From an uncultured Desulfarculus sp. (GTDB lineage Bacteria > Desulfobacterota > Desulfarculia > Desulfarculales > Desulfarculaceae), in NCBI GenBank assembly GCA_963665125.2, contig CAXXUK010000001.1:1952001-2016000 (forward strand): a DNA stretch of 64,000 nt, written 5' to 3'. Numbering within the stretch: position 1 is the stretch's first letter; each line of letters begins with the position of its first letter. Made by a program: the position numbers and the translations under genes. Below are positions 59,845-64,000 of the stretch, one piece after another. The notes beneath the pieces are model-generated. The model did not search any database, had not been told where the DNA came from, and was given only the letters and a program-made list of their open reading frames with translations.

Positions 59845-61944
59845 TCAGAAGCGCAGCCGCAACGTCACGCCGAAGGTAAAAGGATCGCCCGATTGGCCCA
59901 GGGGATCCGAGCCCGGAAACTCGAAGGCCACTACTTCATAATCCTCGTCAAACAGGTTCCTGGTCCAGAACAGCAGGTCCAGCCATTCCCGCTCAAAGCC
60001 CACGTTGAGGTTGACGAGTTGATAGGCGTCTTGCTTTAGGTTGTTGGCGTCGTCCCAATAGAACGGTCCCACTCCGTTCAACTCGGCCCTGGCCATGAGG
60101 TCCCAGCCGGCTATCAGCACGCGCCGGTATTCCAGCGACAGGTTATAGGTGTATTCGGGAGCCAGGGCGGTGTTGTTGCCGGAGTAGTCGGCTCCGGCCA
60201 GGGGGTCCTTGTAATCGGTGTATTCGGCATTGGTGTAACCGAAGCCCGCACCCAGAGTCAGGCCTTGGCAGAGCAGGGCCTTGAGTTCCAGTTCCAGGCC
60301 CATGCTGCGGGATTGCCCGGCGTTGCGCACCACCGTATCGGCCGAGGGCAACAGCTGCACCACCTGCTGGTCTTCCAGATCGATGTAGAACAACGCGGCG
60401 TTGCAGATCACCCGGTTGTCAAACCACGAGGTCTTCAGGCCCACCTCGTAGTTCCAGGAATACTCCGGATCAAAGCGGATGTCCGAGGCATCGGCATAGG
60501 CCGTGTTGAAGCCGCCGCTACGGTAGCCCCGGGTGACCCCGGCATAGGCCATGAATTGGGGGGTCCAGTGATAGGCCACCTGGAACTTGGGCAGCAGGGC
60601 GTCGCTGTCCTCGGATTGGTCGATGGTATCCGAACCCAAACTGATGCCGTTTGAGGTGGTGGACAGGATGTGGTGAATGTCGTTCTTTTCGTAGTCGTAA
60701 CGCATGCCCACGGTGAAGTCCAGCTTGTCGAACAGGGTGTAGGTGGCCTGGCCGAAGAGGGCCGCGCCGCTGGTTGTCAAGTCGGAATTGGTGGTGCGGT
60801 CCACCGGCGAGCCGGGCAGTATCACACCGGGGGCGAAGTCCAGGGTCAGGCGATGGTCCTTCTTTTTGTCAAAGCCGTAGAGCCCCACCAACCACTTGAG
60901 CCGGCTGTCGGATTCCGGCGAAGCGAAACGCAACTCCTGGGTGAACTGGTCGTCGTCGATGTCTTCATCGGCGGTCATCAGGGGATAGATGGTGAAGTCC
61001 TGATCATTGCTGGCGCTGTCGTGGAAGTTGCGGTAGGCCGTGATTGAGGTCAGACGGAACCAGGGCGCATCGTAGCCGATGCGCAGGAACGAGCCAAAGG
61101 CGTCGCGTTTGTAAGCGCCCTCATAATCATAGGCCACATGGCGGGGGTTTTCACGCAGGGCCGGCAGGTTGCCCAGGGGAAAGGCCCCGTCGTCAATGGT
61201 CTCGCCGTCTATGCTGGCCGAGATGTCGAGTTTGTCCGTGGGCGTCCAGCGCATCAGGGCCCGTCCGTTGAACGATTGGTGATGGTCCACGTCCTGGTCC
61301 AGATAGTCGTTTTCGGTGTAACCGTCCCGGGATTCATAGCCGCCGCTCATCCGTAAAAAGAGCTTGTCCTCCACCAGGGGCGCCGAAAAGTGGGCATAGG
61401 CCTGGTAGTCGTTGTAATTGCCCGCACTCAGTTCCACGCCTCCTCCGGTTTGGTTGTCCGGCTTTTTGGTGATGATGTTGATCACGCCGGCCAGGGAGTT
61501 GCGGCCGTAGAGGGTGCCCTGGGGACCGCGCAGGACCTCGATGCGCTCGATGTCAAACAGGTTGGTGTCAAAGGCCCTGGCGTCCATGTAGCCCACGCCG
61601 TCGACGTAATAACCGATGGCCGGTTCGTTGTTGATGGAGCCGATGCCCCGGATGAACACATAGGACGTGCCCCGGATGCCCCAGTTGGCGATGTACATGT
61701 TGGGCGTCAGCAAGGACAAATCCTGGATGGTCTGGATACGCGCATCCTGAATTTCCGACTCGGAAAAGGCCGATATGCTGGCAGGCACCTCTTGCACTTC
61801 GGCCTCGCGCTTTTCAGCCGTCACCACCATGGAGCCCAGGTCCAGGGGCTCATCATCAGCCAGAGCCGGCAGGGACAATAAAACCGTCGCGGCCAGCGCG
61901 GCCAGCATCCGGCAAATCTTTTTTAGGGGCTTGGAAGAATTCAT
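59845..61944 (-). CDS. TonB-dependent receptor (FyuA-like)
   Basis: MVVTAEKRE, IERIEVLRGPQGTLYGRN..AGVINIIT, GYRSGGFN, terminal LRF. Confidence 0.94.
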   Translation of the reverse strand: MNSSKPLKKICRMLAALAATVLLSLPALADDEPLDLGSMVVTAEKREAEVQEVPASISAFSESEIQDARIQTIQDLSLLTPNMYIANWGIRGTSYVFIRGIGSINNEPAIGYYVDGVGYMDARAFDTNLFDIERIEVLRGPQGTLYGRNSLAGVINIITKKPDNQTGGGVELSAGNYNDYQAYAHFSAPLVEDKLFLRMSGGYESRDGYTENDYLDQDVDHHQSFNGRALMRWTPTDKLDISASIDGETIDDGAFPLGNLPALRENPRHVAYDYEGAYKRDAFGSFLRIGYDAPWFRLTSITAYRNFHDSASNDQDFTIYPLMTADEDIDDDQFTQELRFASPESDSRLKWLVGLYGFDKKKDHRLTLDFAPGVILPGSPVDRTTNSDLTTSGAALFGQATYTLFDKLDFTVGMRYDYEKNDIHHILSTTSNGISLGSDTIDQSEDSDALLPKFQVAYHWTPQFMAYAGVTRGYRSGGFNTAYADASDIRFDPEYSWNYEVGLKTSWFDNRVICNAALFYIDLEDQQVVQLLPSADTVVRNAGQSRSMGLELELKALLCQGLTLGAGFGYTNAEYTDYKDPLAGADYSGNNTALAPEYTYNLSLEYRRVLIAGWDLMARAELNGVGPFYWDDANNLKQDAYQLVNLNVGFEREWLDLLFWTRNLFDEDYEVVAFEFPGSDPLGQSGDPFTFGVTLRLRF

Positions 61945-63252
61945 CTATTTCTCCTTTATGTTATTTCCGGGGATTGAGGCGCTGGGGATTCGCCGAAAAA
62001 CGGCATCGGCGGCAAACAGAAACAGGGCCATGACCACGGCCAGGATCGTATAAAGGCCCTGGTAGCCCAACGCGTCGGCCACGGCCCCGACCAGCGGCGA
62101 CAGCGACAGGAAGATCACATGGGAATAGCTGCACAGCACGGCGTAATTGGTGCCGGACTGGGGCCCGGCGCTGGCGTCCATGATCGTGGTGTAGGCCAGC
62201 ACCTGCAGGCCGCCCAGCATCATTTGCTCAACGGCCAGCATCAGGGGCACCTCCCAGGCCAGGAGCTGCGCCTCCGAGGCGATGTGCACCGTCAGCAGGG
62301 CCAGCCCCACGGCGGTCAGCCCGCCCAGGTAGAGCAAGGACCGGGCGCCCAGCTTGCGCATGACGATTCCCCCCAACACCGCCCCGGCCACGCCGCAGGG
62401 AGAGCCGTAGAGTAGCATCAGGGAGCCGATGTGCCGGCTGTCGTAGCCCAAGTCGGTCAGCAGGGGCAGTAGCATGTACATGCCGCCGTTGGAAATGACC
62501 CCCACGAGCAGCAGCCAAAAAAGCATGGGCCGCGTGCCGCGCGCCTTGAGAAAGGACCAAACCCGGGGCCTGAAGGCGGGGCCGGGGGTAATATCCGGGG
62601 AGGCCGCGGGGGCGATCTCGGGATGCAGCGCGATGGGCAGGCTGAGCAGGATCGTCAGCCCGGCCATGGCCAGCATGGTGGTCTGCCAACCGGCTATTCC
62701 GTAGAGCATCACGAATCCGCCGCCGCCGATCATATGCCCAATGTACATGCTGCCCATCTGGGCGCTGTTTCCCCAGGCCCTTTCCCGGGGGGCCAGGATG
62801 TCGGTGGCATAGCCGTCCACGGCGATGTCGTTGGTGGCATAGGCCAAATTCAACGCCACCATCAGCAGGAAGCCTGTCAGCGGCGTGGCCATGGGCGGAA
62901 ACAGGGCCAGCAGGGCCAACAAGGCGGCGGCCAGCCACTGTAGGGGAAAGATCCACGTGCGCCGGCGGCCCAGTTTGGGGCTGAAACACCGGTCGATCCA
63001 GGGAGCCCAGAGGAACTTGAGCGCCCATGGCAGATAGAGCATGGACAGCCAACCTATGACCTGCAGCCCGGCGCCGGTCTGGCGGAAGATCACCGGCAGA
63101 CCCACCCAGCAGAAGCCGATAGGCACCGCCTGGCAGGCATAGGCCGCCGCCAGCTGAAAAAGCTTGAACCCGGTGTCCGTGCGGCTTCCTTGCTTCAACG
63201 CGCGGCCCAACTCACCGGCGGCCACGGTGGCGCCATGTTTGACGGCCGCCAC
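61945..63252 (-). CDS. MFS transporter, AmpG/RhtX/FptX family
   Basis: LPWALKFLWAPWID, GRRR.W, ATNDIAVDGYA; start uncertain. Confidence 0.88.
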   Translation of the reverse strand: MAAVKHGATVAAGELGRALKQGSRTDTGFKLFQLAAAYACQAVPIGFCWVGLPVIFRQTGAGLQVIGWLSMLYLPWALKFLWAPWIDRCFSPKLGRRRTWIFPLQWLAAALLALLALFPPMATPLTGFLLMVALNLAYATNDIAVDGYATDILAPRERAWGNSAQMGSMYIGHMIGGGGFVMLYGIAGWQTTMLAMAGLTILLSLPIALHPEIAPAASPDITPGPAFRPRVWSFLKARGTRPMLFWLLLVGVISNGGMYMLLPLLTDLGYDSRHIGSLMLLYGSPCGVAGAVLGGIVMRKLGARSLLYLGGLTAVGLALLTVHIASEAQLLAWEVPLMLAVEQMMLGGLQVLAYTTIMDASAGPQSGTNYAVLCSYSHVIFLSLSPLVGAVADALGYQGLYTILAVVMALFLFAADAVFRRIPSASIPGNNIKEK

Positions 63253-64000
63253 TACCAGGCCTTTCGGCAGATGTCGATGTCCATCTCGCCAATGGGGGTT
63301 TCAATGGTCCTGGAGCGGACCTGCCGAAATCCGCATTCAATGGCCGCCTCGGCGATCATGCCCTGAGCAAAGCAGTAGTCCATGCCCATCATCATGGAGG
63401 GGATTACGGCCCCGAGCATGGTGTCGGGCTTGGTCTGCTCGCCGGTCATTCCGTCCTGGAAGCTGACGAAATATCCGCCCGGCTTGAGGGCGTCCAATAT
63501 CTTGCCAAGCAGGGGCCCGAGGTTGCCGATGGCGAAATTGAGCGTGGCGCTGGCAAAAACAAGGTCATAGCCCTGGCCGATGTCGTCGGTCAGATAATCA
63601 CCGGGCTGGAAGGTCACCCGGTCGGCGGCCTGGTAGGCCTCGATGAACTCCGCCGCCGCATCTAAAACCGGGGCCCTGTCCAGCAGCACGCCGCGCAGGC
63701 TCTGGTTCCGCTCCAGGATATACAGCGAAAACACGCCGTGGCCGCAGCCCATGTCGAGCATCTTTTCAAGGCCTGAAAAGCCCGGCAAGGCGGCGATGAT
63801 TTCGGCCACCTGTTGCCCCACTCCGCCAAAGACCCAGCCCGCCGATGAGCGCACCTCCTCTGTCCAGATTTTTTCGTCGGCAAAATCCATCCCCCCGTCC
63901 GCCGGCCCGTTCTTGACCAGATGCCCCAATTGGTCCAGCGGATTGAGCCCGGCGTGCTGGGTCTGCCGTAAAAGGGCCGCCACCGAGGCGGGCGAGTCGG
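63252..64000 (-). CDS. O-methyltransferase family protein (5' end beyond window)
   Basis: LDMGCGHG, LLDR, GDYL.DD, YDLVF, ALKPGG; frame stays open to the window edge. Confidence 0.88.
   Translation of the reverse strand, partial: DSPASVAALLRQTQHAGLNPLDQLGHLVKNGPADGGMDFADEKIWTEEVRSSAGWVFGGVGQQVAEIIAALPGFSGLEKMLDMGCGHGVFSLYILERNQSLRGVLLDRAPVLDAAAEFIEAYQAADRVTFQPGDYLTDDIGQGYDLVFASATLNFAIGNLGPLLGKILDALKPGGYFVSFQDGMTGEQTKPDTMLGAVIPSMMMGMDYCFAQGMIAEAAIECGFRQVRSRTIETPIGEMDIDICRKAW

Overview
GC-rich bacterial DNA whose gene content points to an anaerobic sulfate-reducer-like Desulfobacterota genome (inference only). The left half (1-31.4 kb) looks like core/flexible chromosome: cysE-cysK, two radical SAM proteins, comB, a CheX-REC / diguanylate cyclase / PAS kinase block, an aldehyde dehydrogenase, a 1576-aa repeat-rich autotransporter, an amidohydrolase, cydAB, an FkbM methyltransferase, a CBS protein, an acyl-CoA ligase and dehydrogenase, a PEP-CTERM protein, and dusB-ispH-nitroreductase. 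At 31-33.7 kb the nitroreductase 3' end is duplicated, each copy is followed by a tyrosine-integrase C-terminal remnant, and an IS3 remnant follows. This looks like a decayed tandem integration site. Everything to the right is an iron/metal island with three parts: (i) a ferrosome-like (fez) operon with a DYSC/HNxxT P1B-ATPase, a second atypical P1B-ATPase, GxxxG membrane proteins with Cys/Pro/Tyr-rich disordered tails, and a multi-FeoA protein with no intact feoB; (ii) an uncharacterised HypB-like GTPase + permease-less ABC ATPase + signal-less binding-protein module in front of a TonB receptor and an ABC importer; (iii) a yersiniabactin/pyochelin-type uptake locus with methyltransferases but no biosynthesis genes in the window. 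AT-rich promoters in the island carry a recurring TTAG-N6-CTAA box. No rRNA, tRNA or CRISPR array was seen.
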